DNA of 64,000 nt from positions 1,364,001-1,428,000 of the forward strand of contig NW_027271055.1 in assembly GCF_040938485.1 (NCBI RefSeq), read 5' to 3'. The number at the start of each line of letters is the position of its first letter. Position 1 is the first letter of the stretch. The notes under the pieces are model-generated. The model did not search any database, was not told the origin of the DNA, and was given only the letters and a program-made list of their open reading frames with translations. The position numbers and the translations under genes were made by a program. Source of the stretch: Diadema antillarum (taxonomy: Eukaryota). Below are positions 22,392 to 36,006 of this stretch, piece by piece.

Positions 22392-25262
22392 ACATAGCTA
22401 TAAAGAAGCTTTGGATTCAAACAAAATAAAATTCATGGCCCAAAATATTTCATCTACATTGTTCATATATATATCTTTATATAATTTATTTGTTTGGATA
22501 TAATGAAATTTTGATATAATGAAAGAAAACTGCCAGTACCGAGTATTCGTTTTAGTGGGAGTCGCCTGTATATGAAAATTCAACTAATGAATTTCAAGTA
22601 GCCACCGCTCCTGCAGAATTCATCCTGCTGTAGAGCTCTTTACAGATCATGGATGGTAATAATGTTATATCTTGAACAATCTTAAGTACAAGTACACAGT
22701 TCTCAAACAATCAAATGTTTACGTACAGCTGATCTCTGAGTTTTTTATTAGATCACATATTTATTACTGGTGCACCTTTAGGACACTAAATTTCAATTTT
22801 GATACAGTGTATGTAAATTAATTTTCAAAGAAATATGCTGAAGAACTTTGAGAGCTCAAAACCAAATTGTAAAATATAATGCACTACTGTACACAGGCGT
22901 TGCTGTTATACAGCTGTACAGTGAGGTGACCATGCTACTTCCAGTAGACCCTATGGCAATCCAGCTTTGACCTCAAAGTAACACTTTTAAAAAATTGAAT
23001 ATTTTGGGTGACAGAAAATCTTTTATATTATCACATGTTTGTCATCATAATGCTACTTTCACCATAAAGTAATCAAATTATTGCAATAATTACCGAGTGC
23101 ATGCAGAAATAACGAACACTAGTTTGAGACTTGCTCGTTACTTATTGCATGCATAGGTGTGTAAGCCTGACGGAGGCACATGTTCTGCTGAAATTAGCCA
23201 GCAAATGTGATGAATTTAAGGTACAATGTCAGCTGGATTCTGTAAAGCTTTTGAGCCCCATTGCTGTAAACTCAAACTGCGATTACACAAAACTTCACAG
23301 TCAAACAAAAATGTCGCCCACAACTTTGCATTTGATCAGAATCAAATGTACAGTTCCATTTGACTCATCAAAGATGTTTGATATTCTTATTTGCATAAGA
23401 AATCAAACATCCTTGCAGCAAAAGACTTTCGTTTAAAATACAAACTTCACATTATTTGACGGATTTGTGTTTGATTTTTTGAGTAGCATTTCAAAACAGA
23501 GTTCCTAGCAACCGAGTCCAGGAGGTGATTTTTGCCTGGCAGTGTTTGATATGTAGATGCCAGCTTTCCATCACAGTAGCTGCCTAATTCCAGAAGATGA
23601 TCGGGGAGTAGTGAGCGAGCAGCAAGTCGAAAACTATGCAATTTCTGTATGCATTCGTCAATATCTTATTACGGGAGTATTTTCATTGATAGCCAAAGTT
23701 GGTTCACAATGCAATGGCTTTGTACCTTCGAGAAGATGACACATGTAAGAATACATTTCTGTGCCATTAGTTCTACACTGTATCAATATAAAGTGTAAAC
23801 TGAAGTAAAGGCCATAAAAATTAACAGTGCCTGGTCCCTAAACTCCTGGCTGGATTGGCAATGTTGCTTTCCACTCAAGCTAGACTCTTCTTATTCCAGA
23901 CAACACCTACACCATTATCTTGAATTGGATCTTACCTAGAATTCTTCAGCTACATTCAATCTTGAGTCATACATTATTACATAGTCATCCTACTAACATT
24001 ACAACTCTATTTCTATTCGCCTTATGACCCATCCTGGTATCAGCGTGATCGGTAACGTGCCCAAGTATGGTACACTTAAGGGGTTTCATGCTATAGTTCC
24101 AAAATAGATGAAGTCTTGAGTGTGTCTTTTGGAACATTGTGTGTCAATATAATGACATTCTGAATGCACATTTAAGATATAAAAATTATAAAAGAAATTT
24201 TGGAAAAAAGTTGGGTTTTTATGATACCTTCTTTGGTGCCGTGTTTGGTACAGGGCGTCCTTGATTGGTACACACACATGATTTGTATGTGCTGTACTGC
24301 AACTTCAATCATTTGCACGCTAGTACGCTTCAACATTATCACCCATAAGAATCATGTAGCTGTACCAATCATGGCACAGCACTGTCTGGAGGCAAGGATG
24401 ACGGTATTTGTGTAAATATCTCTATGAGCTCATTAGTCATTTGTAATCTGGCTGCTGTTGTCATTGATTGAACATCACAACCAGCTTCACTTGCATAAAA
24501 GATGACTATTCACTATTCAGTCAACAGTGTGCAACAACTGGTAAATAGAAGTCCAAAATGAGGGCCGCATCTTAACTCACCTGCTAATTTCCAGCTTGAA
24601 ATCTAGTTTGGAAAGAGGTCATGAAGATCAAAAACTTTTTGTGAAGCTTTACTGGTCTTTGCTCGTTGCTGCCCTGTTTACTGTGAATTTTAAGGTGACA
24701 GGCTGCTTCTTTCAGAGATGATGTACATGTATACGAGGCTATATGAATTATTTATCAGCTTCACTGTGTCAAGAATGCTAGGCTGTACCAATTATGGGCT
24801 CGTAACTTTCTAAATCTGTTTTACTCACCCACAACTGTCTTTGAGTTTGACCCATATCCGTCTTTTTTATTGTTAGACTACACTACAGTCATGATCATTA
24901 CACAGATTTGCATATATGTTGTTCTTTCATCCACTAATACCTCTTATTCGCAATCAATGTTACATTAACATGACTAAAGACGACCCTTTAGGACAACGCG
25001 CCAATATCAAATTAACAGTTAGACAATTAAATTCAGACAAAACCTAGACACTTGATCGGACTACGTCTATAGCATGATCCCACATAACTGCGACAGCCCC
25101 AACAGCCTTGCGGCGCTGTCTCCGGGGCTAGATCCCACACAAAGTAAAGTTACTGGGACTACAGAAGCAAGCGATTACATCTGTGTCTCAGAAATTTTCA
25201 CAAAACCTTACCGATGTCCTCTTTCTCATCTACATAATAGAAATATAAAATAGCCTACGTAC

Positions 25263-25314
25263 CAACACCAGGTTGCTTGCGACAAAAAATCAGATCTGGA
25301 TGATGCTTTGCCAT
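25263..25314 (-). CDS. PHF5A: PHF5A coding exon 1
   Basis: ATG at 25314 gives MAKHHPDLIFCRKQPGV plus G, then donor GTACGT; 52 nt. The three exons total 333 nt, i.e. 110 aa plus stop. Confidence 0.97.
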
Positions 25315-27340
25315 GATTTACCGTCAGAAACACGGTCCACACATCAGTCAATACAAAAATCGCTCGTTGCACGTTTTATGTTTTTGAGCAAACAACGCGG
25401 TTATGATGCGTATTACCGTAGAGGGTGCCCTCTTCTTCTTCTTCTTCTTTCAATAAAGTACAGGCCACCTTGTGGTGTATCAGCGTACTGGTGTGGTGCT
25501 AGGTGCAGCCATGCATGTACAGTGCATTTCAAAACGTTTGCTCATGAAGACACATATGTACAGTGCTAGTTAAAATGTGCTGCTAAAAACTGCTCCTGCC
25601 ATCTAGCGGAGCTGGAGATGTTTCACCTCTTCCTTGAACATTAAAGGAGAAGAAAGTTGAAAGTTGAAAGTTTGTTTTACTCAACAACCCATGCATAATC
25701 TGGGTAACGGAGTTCAATGTAAAAACATATATTAATTCAATAGTAAAGAGCTGCAAATAACATGCATACAACACAACTATAATAAAGAGAATAAGAGGAA
25801 ATATGATTGATGGAAAGGATACAAATGTACAGAAATATACAATAACATACACGATACGGTATGGTGGAAAAAAAAACCTATAAAGCAACAAAAAAAAGGA
25901 AATATGACGAGAGAGAGAGAGAAGGAGAGAGAGAAAGGAGAGAGGGAGAGAGAGAGGGAGAGAGAAGAGAAATAGAGGGGAGAATGGGAAGACAAACAAA
26001 TTACACATTAATTGTAAAAAAGGCACAGCAGTATCTAAGAAAAAGAACAAAAATATACTAGTAATCTAAACGTGTGTCATTACAGGCCTATAACTACAAG
26101 ACGAAGCTAGGGGATGGAGGGAGGGGTATAGCCCTTAGGTCAGATTATTTCTTTTTGACAAACTGTTATAAGCCAGTGCAATCCTTGCATCTGATTGGCT
26201 GAGAGAAAATTTGTCGGGCAAAACGCTTCATGAAATATTCCTCAGGCTTGACGTTTCACCGTCCTGTCTACCCATGGACCTGGTCTACCGTACTCTATTC
26301 AATTCAATTCAATTCAATAGTTTATTTATTTCCATCATCACAAAGAAAAGAAAAGAAAAAGTTGACATAATCCAAAGAGATACATTTTTTTTCATTTCTC
26401 TTACACTCGTCTGATAAAGGATTTTTTCAATACAATATAAAGTGTATTATATTATACACGACTCTATTCTCACAACAACCAGACAACCGTTAGACTAACT
26501 GTACGTAGGCCTACTTTGCCTTTTCCTTCTGTCCTCTAAGCTCACCTTATATAACTTTAACTGCCAGTGTGTGCCACATACTGTAAAATGTAGAGTATTA
26601 CATTGCTTATCATTCTATCATGCTCCCAGGTGGGGCCCTTCAAAAATAGAATTTATTGTCATTTTACTTTTTTTAAAAAAACAGCAAAAGCAGTCCAGCT
26701 GCAGCAAGTCGACACATATGAGATGAGACATAAATGACCTGTATCTCTATGTGCGTTTTTTTGTTTTGTTTTGTTTTGTTTTGTTTTGCTCTGTTTCTAT
26801 TTTGTTTTCATTTTGTATTCATTTTCACTCTTTTTTGGGGGCGGGGGAGGCGTGGAAGGGTTTGGGAGGGGCACGTGGAGGAGGGTTGATGTGCGATGCT
26901 TTGTGAGCGCGGTTTGAATGAATAGAATAATAACTATATCAGACAAACATATAGGACGATGTTTCATTAAAAATAGACAAGGGCCTATGTAAAAATAGAG
27001 AAGGTTAAGCCAGTTCCCATGTTTTCATAAATCAGTGACACTAATCGCAAACACATAACTCAGACTGCCAGATACATCAGAAAGTGCAAAGACACTAACG
27101 CAGAAAAATTTGATTTGACTGTATAGGCCCTAGTCGTTTTCGTGCTGTACAATGTCGGACCTTTTTGTAATAAGTTTTCTCCCCTTCCAAAAGTCAGCAT
27201 CGTCATGGCTTACATGAGCATTTAGGAAAAATATAAAATATATTAATTTGCATATAAAAATCAATAATCAATTAAAAATGAATTGATTTCGAATGTTCAA
27301 GTAGACAGTCCTGTCGATTGAATCATATATGAGTACAAAT

Positions 27341-27514
27341 CAGGGCACCATTTCAGGAAAGATGTTACAGGTTAGCAACTTCTTGTTGGAATGGCAACTT
27401 CCCATAGGTACAGCCAATCAGGAAGCTGGATTTTTGTCGTTACCATGTTACCATGACAATTGCCGTTCCAGCAAGAGTTGCTATCATATCAACTTCTTAT
27501 GAAATGGGGCCCTG
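27341..27514. mobile_element. Harbinger-type MITE, same family as 29317-29479
   Basis: CAGGGCACCATTTCA ... TGAAATGGGGCCCTG; the internal gcaacttc/ctcttgctggaatggc...ccaatcag segment is shared with the 29.3-kb copy. Confidence 0.7.
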
Positions 27515-28078
27515 GCGGCTGTTGCGCGCTACTGTACAGCGTGTGTATCAAAAAAAGGAAGAAGAAAAAAAAAGACGGTAATTCAATTTTAGAGGCCACT
27601 ACTGTTTCATATCGTCAGCCATGGAGACCGCAATAATTTGTTGATTGTGAGGAAAAGAATAGCTTTTCTTCTTTCAGTTGGTATATAATTGTACTGACAA
27701 ATGTCATTATAATATTGGCCTGGGCGGGGGTGTGGGGGGGGGGGGGGGGGGCAGGGAGATTCCTCCCGCCCCATAGCATAACCAAGAAAGCCAAGTCTAT
27801 CAGGGTATAAGAATATTTTCCTATCTGTATACTTTGTTCCTTTCCATATGCACAACCATAAGCAACACATACTATAGTAAAGTGAATCAGCACGAACAAT
27901 GACAAGAATCGAACCATGTTTGACATGATTATTAGATGAATATGTATATATAATTATACTATTATATACACATACATATTATGGTAATTCATTACTTTGA
28001 TTATTTGATCCTTTTACTTATTGTCGTGTCGGGTTTGTTGTTGTTGTAACATAGTATACATGACAAAGCAGCTTTATC

Positions 28079-28251
28079 NNNNNNNNNNNNNNNNNNNNNN
28101 NNNNNNNNNNNNNNNNNNNNNNNNNNNNNNNNNNNNNNNNNNNNNNNNNNNNNNNNNNNNNNNNNNNNNNNNNNNNNNNNNNNNNNNNNNNNNNNNNNNN
28201 NNNNNNNNNNNNNNNNNNNNNNNNNNNNNNNNNNNNNNNNNNNNNNNNNNN
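28079..28251. other. Assembly gap (173 N)
   Basis: Run of N. Confidence 1.
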
Positions 28252-28510
28252 ACCAGCAAAAAGTCGCACATCCTGATTTACTCGAGCACTGAAGATAAGT
28301 TAAACGGAGCAAGCTAGTCAGTCTTGAGTTTTTCATATTTTCTGAAAAAGCAATTACTCTTCCACACATTTCAAAGTTTTATATCATACAACGGTATAAA
28401 GGGATATCGCGTTTTCAGCACTTTTTCTGGCACACTTTTTTTTTGGTAGAATTCAATATATCATAATTAGGTATGTCTTGAGTCCCCTTTCAATTTTTTA
28501 GTTTTGTGAT
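28252..28510. mobile_element. Left-end fragment of the TA-flanked MITE family seen complete at 61639-62332
   Basis: aaaagtcgcacatcctgattt...tttttcatattttctgaaa aligns with 61670-61770; the terminus is lost in the gap. Confidence 0.65.
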
Positions 28511-28538
28511 GCAGAGTAACATAATATATATTACATCT

Positions 28539-28576
<38 letters not shown>

Positions 28577-29316
28577 CTACATATATGATACACACACATA
28601 CATACACACATTAATACCCTTTCTCACACACTTGACTCTCAATTGAAATAATCTCGAATAAATGCATTTAAAAGGGATTATAATATGAAATATATTAATA
28701 TTCCTCGTGCGTACAAAAAATGAATCTTCCCTTCACTATATTCCTTGATTTGATATATTATTCGATTTCATGTATCAAATGAAGCAAGTCAAAGTCATAA
28801 ACGAGGGTCATGCATATTGATTGTCTCCATATAAACTTTCATTTCATGCTTTATTTACTACATCATCATATCAGACACACATAGCCATTTATAGCAAGTA
28901 ATAGGGCTATGCAAAGCAATATGGAGAGGTTTCTGTCCAACTTTGGCAAGAAGAAAAGGCTATAGTATTGTTCAAAGAGAAAATTTATAGGCCTTTTGGT
29001 GAACTATAACCAAAGCTAACTTATAGCACAATAAGATCACTTCTTTCATCCTGCAGAAATCTGTACACATAGTGTGAAGTCATGTGAAAAGTACAATTGT
29101 AATCACATTTCTTACGTCGAAATGGGCTTACAATAGTCAAACACTGCCACTAATTCAGGGTGCTGCCTATATTATGCAAATCACCATTCTTCTTCTTCTG
29201 GTTAAGTCTGCCTCCTTCAATAAACTGAAGATTCTTGCAGACTGATAGAGCTGGTCACTGAATGATAAGCAAAGAATTAAACTTTCGAAAAATATCCCTG
29301 GAAGAAAGAAGTGACC

Positions 29317-29479
29317 CAGGGCCCCGTTTCATAAAAGGTGTTAGGATAGCAACTCTTGCTGGAATGGCGAATTCCCATAGCAACAGTCAATCAGAAAGCT
29401 GGGTTCTTGTCGTTACTATGGCAATTGCCATTCCAGCAATATTTGCCATCATATCAACTTTTTATGAAACGGGGCACTG
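29317..29479. mobile_element. Harbinger-type MITE
   Basis: CAGGGCCCCGTTTCATAAAA ... TTTTATGAAACGGGGCACTG inverted termini. Confidence 0.75.
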
Positions 29480-29759
29480 GATGAGTTGGTTGGCAATCTC
29501 TACCGCTCGCGACTTGCTTCTTTCCCGACTTGTTTTGGCCACGCGTAACAGAATATAACTGTTTGTGCACTGGTCTGCTGCATGAGATGCAGCCCAGACC
29601 GGATTCAACTTTGCTACCAAGACATCCCACAATGCATCTTGAAACTGGGCTGGCTATAGAAAGCATTTGTGTATTGGCAGTATGCCTACTTCAAACTGGG
29701 TTACCATGATAATCACGTATAATGAACAATTAATGTTTTCTACATGAGTGTGTTCTGCC

Positions 29760-32294
29760 CTGAAACGGACATTTTCATGTAAACGAATGTGAAACAATAC
29801 CTACAGTAGTGATACAGCAATATTTTTTTTTCTTTTGTGCAATCATCAGAATAAATTTTTTTAATTCTATTCAATGCTAAAATCAGAGCAAGTGATCATA
29901 TGCGATGCAAACTTTTGGTCCAATATGAATAAAACTTCTCCTGTTTTGTTCATCTAATTTTGTCCTATATCTTAAATCTAACTTGAGTAAAGTGTGGAAT
30001 TGCCATTAAACTATGTCTTAAAAGGATACCTGCAGCTGAGAATAAAATCAAATTTTACTGGTTTCCCTATTGCTAAAAACGCCACAGGACATCAAGTAGA
30101 TGAATTATCATTCATTCATGTTACTGAACATGAGAGATCGTCCAAAACATGATTACAAAACAAATGATTCAAAGCTTTTACATTTCAGAAAGCTTATCTT
30201 CACAACTATGAAAAAGTACACTGAAGATTTACTGGGTCTTCTTTGAAAAAAAAAAAATCAGCCAACCCAAATATTTTGGTATGCACAAGTCTATTCTGCT
30301 GAATTTCCTAGAATTCACATCTCAAAGATAATAGATGAAAATGTTAATGTTTCTACATTATGACTTTAAGCCAACATAATATGTGCACATTTTGCTGTTA
30401 CAAAATAATATAAATTTTCAAATTCACATAATTAATGTTCAACTGCGATGTTCACTACACTTGGAATGTAAAATCTACAGCTCCTTATTTCAGTTTGACG
30501 GAGCATTGCCATGGCAATGAATGTGATGTTCATTTTATCAAAATTCCTTAAAATTCTTGTTTCTCTTCTCAGACATACATGAGCACAGCATTGTAAAGTA
30601 AGACACCAATACTTTCAACATTCATTAAAATGCACACATATTGAAATTGTCCGGATGTTTTTCAAATTATCTCTGAATTAAGACAAGATATGAAAAGATA
30701 TTGAAGAAGTATGTGGACATCAATGAAGCTTTTAACATTTATCAATATCGGTGATTAAAATTCAGAAAATGACTTCTTTTCGACTTCTTTTTGGCTGGTG
30801 TAACAATCATTACAAAAGAAGAGATCATGTCTTCTAGAAAGGTATTTAACACAAAACTTGGAACATAGAGGTTGATTATAAAACATCACATATATGAAAA
30901 AAAAATGGTTATTGTTCGTCTAAATTCCTGCGTCAAAGTATTCATAATTTTCCTCATTTATACATTTTTATTCATTCATAACATCTTTTAACAGGGACAT
31001 TCTTTCCAGTTCTGCTGATATCCAGCAGACCTGCTTTTCAAGGAATATTAAGCCCTTTATAAAGTGCACATAGGTTTTAAGAGTAAAATCAAAACAAAAC
31101 AAACACATAACTTTTTTCCTTTTTTCTTTTCATAAGAAAAGGGTTCTCATTTGGCAAAAAAAAAAAAAAGAGAACTGCTTGGATAACCACTTTTCGATGT
31201 GTAATGACACAAAAGACGGCAAGGTTTATCCACTCAGGCACCATGCATATTCCAGCGGTGTACGTGAGACGAGTAAGTTTGCAGTAGCTGTGACATCTGT
31301 GTTCCTCACTCAGTTTGTTCCCTTTAGGTGTCATAATACACAATTTCTGCTTTCAGGTGAGAAGCCTTCCATGAGTGCATGTTCATCAGTTGCTTACATT
31401 GTCAAAACTAGACACAATCCTGACATCCTAAATTTTGTTACTGCATAAGAATTTGATATCTGTACTGCATGGAAAGTGTTATTTATGTCCATAGGTATCT
31501 AAACTCTTTATTAAATGAAAGATTTTTCTTTTAGTACACAAAATAATTCAGGGCTCTAGAGATTACAGATTAAACAAGCATATGAGTACAAGTATATCTA
31601 GTTTAAGTGCATTGAAACAAAGGACATGAAATGATATTTCACTCTAGCCTTGGTTGCGCCCTTAAAATCTACCGAATCCTCTCATTCATTTTCAATGAAA
31701 GACCTGAATATTAAATTACTAATTAAGTGTTTGGTGTTAAAATAATGTGTACAATACGATAGACACTTTGCATGAATTGTACTTGTATTTGTGCCAAAAT
31801 TTGTTCTTGTGGAGAGTTCTGAAGAACTTTCTTTTTTAATGAAGTGGATGATGATTTGTAAGAATTCCTTTTCTGATGCAAAGAATTGTAAAGGTCTTTA
31901 TCAAAATCTGACTGGCGACCAAAGGTCGAATTGCACAGATGTACATAATCATACAAAAGTATGCATGGACATAACAGGAGTGATATTTCATGTATATGAA
32001 TTGAAACATGGCAATCAACAAGTTCAAGATTGCATGCAAATAATACAAATATAAGTTTTAAAAACATGATTTTAAAAGGAATGGAAGGAAATAATGAGAA
32101 AGACTTAAAAGTCCCTGAGAGACTGGCTGGTGGTATATCGCACCACCAACAGTGAGGTGCCGTAGAGATTGGTGTGTTGCACTGTACAATATTTCCGTTC
32201 TCTGTTTCTATCGAAAGGAGTCAAAGAGATGGGATGTACACCCTCTCCATAATTAGAATTATTATGCAAAAAAATGGGGGGGGGGGGTAACACA
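29760..32294 (-). other. Putative long 3' UTR / downstream region of RLR paralog A, duplicated at about 57335-60051
   Basis: Collinear sequence similarity with the region below the paralog B stop; minus-strand AATAAA near 30967 is matched near 58542. Confidence 0.7.
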
Positions 32295-32750
32295 CTACGA
32301 GATATTCTCTTCTAGGTGGGCAACCTCTTCAAGTGATGCCTCCTTGAAGGTGAAAGGCAGGGAACTCCACTTTTGGTAGTGTTTGGACTTGGCGTCATTG
32401 TCTATTACAAGGAAATACTTCACCGAGATGGCAAGGATGTAAGCTTCTCTGAATTTCAGAACTATACCCCACTTGATGTGACAATCCTTGCATGCTAGTT
32501 CGTGCTCACTCTTCCTCACGCTCGCCCATTCCCTCTTCTCGGGCGAGTGGCGGTCAGTGGAAAGTCTGACCACTTTCTTCTCGAGAAAATCAGGGGCAAT
32601 AATGACGTGGTGACCTCCCGGTATCACCCTGATGTCACTTGACCGACAGACAAGAACCCGACACTTCTGGCACCGGAACTCATGGTTCAATTCAACATGT
32701 TCATGGGCCAATGATTTTCGTCCCAAGTGCCTTCCTTGGATGGCTATTAT
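32295..32750 (-). CDS. RLR paralog A last exon: C-terminal regulatory (RNA-binding, Zn) domain
   Basis: CQKC...GGHHVI...CKDC...KWG...KWSSLPF, the RIG-I/MDA5/LGP2 CTD signature; acceptor ctttctgtcag; TAG at 32295. Confidence 0.93.
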   Translation of the reverse strand: MIAIQGRHLGRKSLAHEHVELNHEFRCQKCRVLVCRSSDIRVIPGGHHVIIAPDFLEKKVVRLSTDRHSPEKREWASVRKSEHELACKDCHIKWGIVLKFREAYILAISVKYFLVIDNDAKSKHYQKWSSLPFTFKEASLEEVAHLEENIS

Positions 32751-33993
32751 CTGACAGAAAGAGATGAGACATTTACCTTTAGTACTCACTAGTCAACTTT
32801 TCTATACCATAACAACTCCATTGTCTGTATGTCTCACAGGGATCATTAAGTCTCACAAAATAATCACTCTTCATTTCTCATCTACTCACATACACATCCT
32901 GCTTATAAACGGACGAAAATTCTGCCATGAAATTGTTTATGATCCTATACATCATAAATTGCCGGACATATAACACCAGTACTCAGCATCAGTGTTGTGT
33001 GTAAATTTTGTGAGGATGGTACTTGGAATATGACAATGACCAGGCGAATTTTAATGTACATGGTACAATGGCCCAAAACTTTGTCTAATCAACCCCATAT
33101 AGTCCTTGATGTGTTTGTTCCTCGTGCTCTGTGCTATAGTCTTTCTACAAGCCTTTTACCATATTTTACAAACACCTTGCAATTACATCAATTCAAAATG
33201 ATCATTTTTCTATGTTCAAGATTGAAGATTCAAATTTATTTTCACTTCCATCAAATAAACAAAGAAAGTATATACAATGCATATGCACAGGATATTTGTA
33301 ATAATTGCAGAATGTGATTTAACAACGTACACATGAAAATGAGTAGCAGATGAAAAAAAACCGCAATTATATCATTGTTAATATATGCATAAAGCGTATA
33401 ATGCAGGTTAACTAAGGATGGGGATGGAAGTGGAGGGTCCCACTAAGAAGCAGAGCTTGTACGATATGGGACCCTCAGAAAATACACAAGACAGCAATAC
33501 AAAACAAAATAAAACGAACTGATGTCAGCTGACATGAAATCAAAATAATTGGGAAGGGAAAAAAGAAAGAAAAAAGAAAAAAAGGAAAAGAAAGGGAAAA
33601 AAACTACTAGCAAAAAAAAAAATCAAACAATCTTGACAACCTATTAGAGAATGACCCCATTAAAAAAAAAAATGTAATTTTGAACCAAAAGAATTGACAT
33701 TTTTACCAAGGATGAATCCTCAAGCCATGATACTTCCAAAATACCATGTTAACCCTCTGTATGCCATATCAATTTCTCGTCCATTGGTTTGTATGTGGAT
33801 TTGTGCATATTTGACTCATTGACACACAAAGGACTGAAGAAGAGATTCACTTACTGGCTAGGTGACTCTGTAGTACTAGTAATCATAAAACAGCCAACTA
33901 ACTGTAGGCATGCCATAACTGCACTGCAAAAATTAAACTAAAATATACCTGATGTACGTGAAGTCTTTGGAGACAGCAACAAATTCTTTTTAC

Positions 33994-34148
33994 CTTCTGC
34001 TTGAGCATCTCCTCCGGGAGTTCACTGAGTTCCTCCGTAGCTTCCCTCATCACTTTCTCCTGCTGTTTACCAAGTTGGTCCTTCTTCTCCAAGCCTCTCT
34101 CTTGGTGAACTACCAGCTCAAATCGGCCTCCCGGGGCCCGGGTGCGTC
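33994..34148 (-). CDS. RLR paralog A exon: end of motif VI plus pincer
   Basis: (G)RTRAPGGRFELVV...EEMLKQK; phase 1 to 0; canonical AG/GT. Confidence 0.92.
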
Positions 34149-34948
34149 CTGGGGACATTGATGACAATGGTGGTGATAATGATGATGTTAATGATAAAAA
34201 TGATCATGTTTCTAGGTGCTCTACAACCCACACAAATGTAAGCATATAAATATAAGGGTGCAAAATTATGTATCGGGATCTCAGAGGATGTTGTGTTTCC
34301 AGCCTTTGTTTACAAAAACCTAGAAAGAACTTCTTGAAAACGCTGATCAGATTGTCACCAAACTTGGCGGGTATCATCGTTAGGGTGATAGAGTATGTAT
34401 CTATGCAAATGGACACCATTCCTCACTTGGGGGCCCCCAGGGGCACAACGCCGTGGGTGGGGGGGGGGGGGGAGAGGGGTGATTCTCACAGAAGATGATA
34501 CCAACAAAGTAAAATGTATGACCACCACACTGTGTGGGTATGTGGACCTCAGCTGTTGAAGGGGAAAACAAATATATGAACTAGGTCAGCTAGCTGCTGA
34601 ATCACGGACGAGAAAGCTCTTAAAAGATTTCTGATGAACAGACCCCAGAAATGTTGTAAGGAAATGACTTTTTTAAAACTCTTTTTACTAAAGTGACCAA
34701 AATGTGGGGAGGAATTCCCTTTAATCCAGAGTCAGACTCCACATTTCTGAGGTTTGGTGCTATATCTTTGCATTATCATTTTTACTATTCATTCTTACAG
34801 TCTCAAGTGGAATAAAATGTTCACTCGCTTTCGAGCCCTTTGTTACTTATAATGATTATTCATCTTGGTTGCAGAATTTTCAATAGCCTCTTAATTGCTG
34901 ACTTTGTAACCAAATCTTAAAATTGCAATGCATTTTCAAAGACTAAAA

Positions 34949-34985
<37 letters not shown>

Positions 34986-35197
34986 ATCAAATTGGCAACA
35001 TTTTGAAAATGTTCTCTCTAATTTTGTGCAGATGTAATGACTTTAACAAGCTCCATCTATTTTTTTTCCAATATAAGACACACAGTGAAATTGAAAGGTG
35101 CCAATTCAATGTTGACAATTTTTCCCGGGCAAAGCAAAAATTCCCCCGGGTAAATCCCCCCAGGACTCGACGGGTTAACTTTGATCTCTGTTCATAC

Positions 35198-35362
35198 CTC
35201 TGGCCTGAAGGCATCCTTCACCATCACTGATGTAGTTGTAGCGGAACACAAAGTTGCAGGCTGGCACGTCGATGCCTTGCTCCACAAATGTTGCAATGAG
35301 CAGCTTGTGTTCCCCGTCGCGGAACTTGTTAAGGATATCCCTTTGGTGCCGCAAACTCATTC
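35198..35362 (-). CDS. RLR paralog A exon: Hel2 motifs V-VI
   Basis: (G)MSLRHQRDILNKFRDGEHKLLIATFVEQGIDVPACNFVFRYNYISDGEGCLQAR; phase 1 to 1. Confidence 0.92.
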
Positions 35363-35766
35363 CTGTTGGAAATGGGACAGTGTGAGGATTTCTGTAACTT
35401 CTCAGTTCCCCCTCTAAGAGATAAAGATCAAATTCACAGCGGATGTGAAGCTCACAGTCAATAACTGGTGCGCCCCTGCAGCTTCTCATGCAGTTGACTA
35501 TATGCCACAAAGATTCCATGAATATTACGTCACGATATGGCACATTTTTCTCAATCGGCATTTTGTCTTCAACGTAACGACGTTTGTTTGATCACATGAT
35601 GCTATGTATAGACCAATCACAGAACAGGTATAAGAACAGAATAATAAGAACAAGAACAGAACAAGAACATAATACAAACTGCATGATTAAAAAGCAGACA
35701 AACTATCAATTTTGCTAGCTCACTCCTAATCACACTGGCACATGGATACAACTATCATTTCCCCAC

Positions 35767-36006
35767 CTGGGTTTCTGGAGCCAACCAATTCCTCGGCATT
35801 GAATTCCTGCAACCCTGGAGTGTCCATGATCCACGACTTGAGTGCCTTGGTGGAGGCAATGGTCTGAGTGAAGAGGATCCCACGGAAGTTGGCCAGGCCT
35901 CCCTGGAGGGAGTGACAAGCTCCTTCTATGAGCTCCTGAAGCTTTACCAGACCAGGGTTCTTGCTGTATGGACTCTTGCTGAGTTCCTCAAGCTTCACTT
36001 CTCTCT
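35767..36006 (-). CDS. RLR paralog A exon: Hel2 motif IV
   Basis: EREVKLEELSKSPYSKNPGLVKLQELI...RGILFTQTIASTKALKSWI...LVGSRNP; 240 nt, phase 1 to 1. Confidence 0.9.

Noticed and set aside
21956-25262. Intronic box C/D snoRNA in PHF5A
   Set aside because: The sense-strand TGATGA found has no properly spaced CTGA or terminal stem.
28001-28369. ORFs spanning N runs (also 46943-47485)
   Set aside because: Artefacts of translating assembly gaps.
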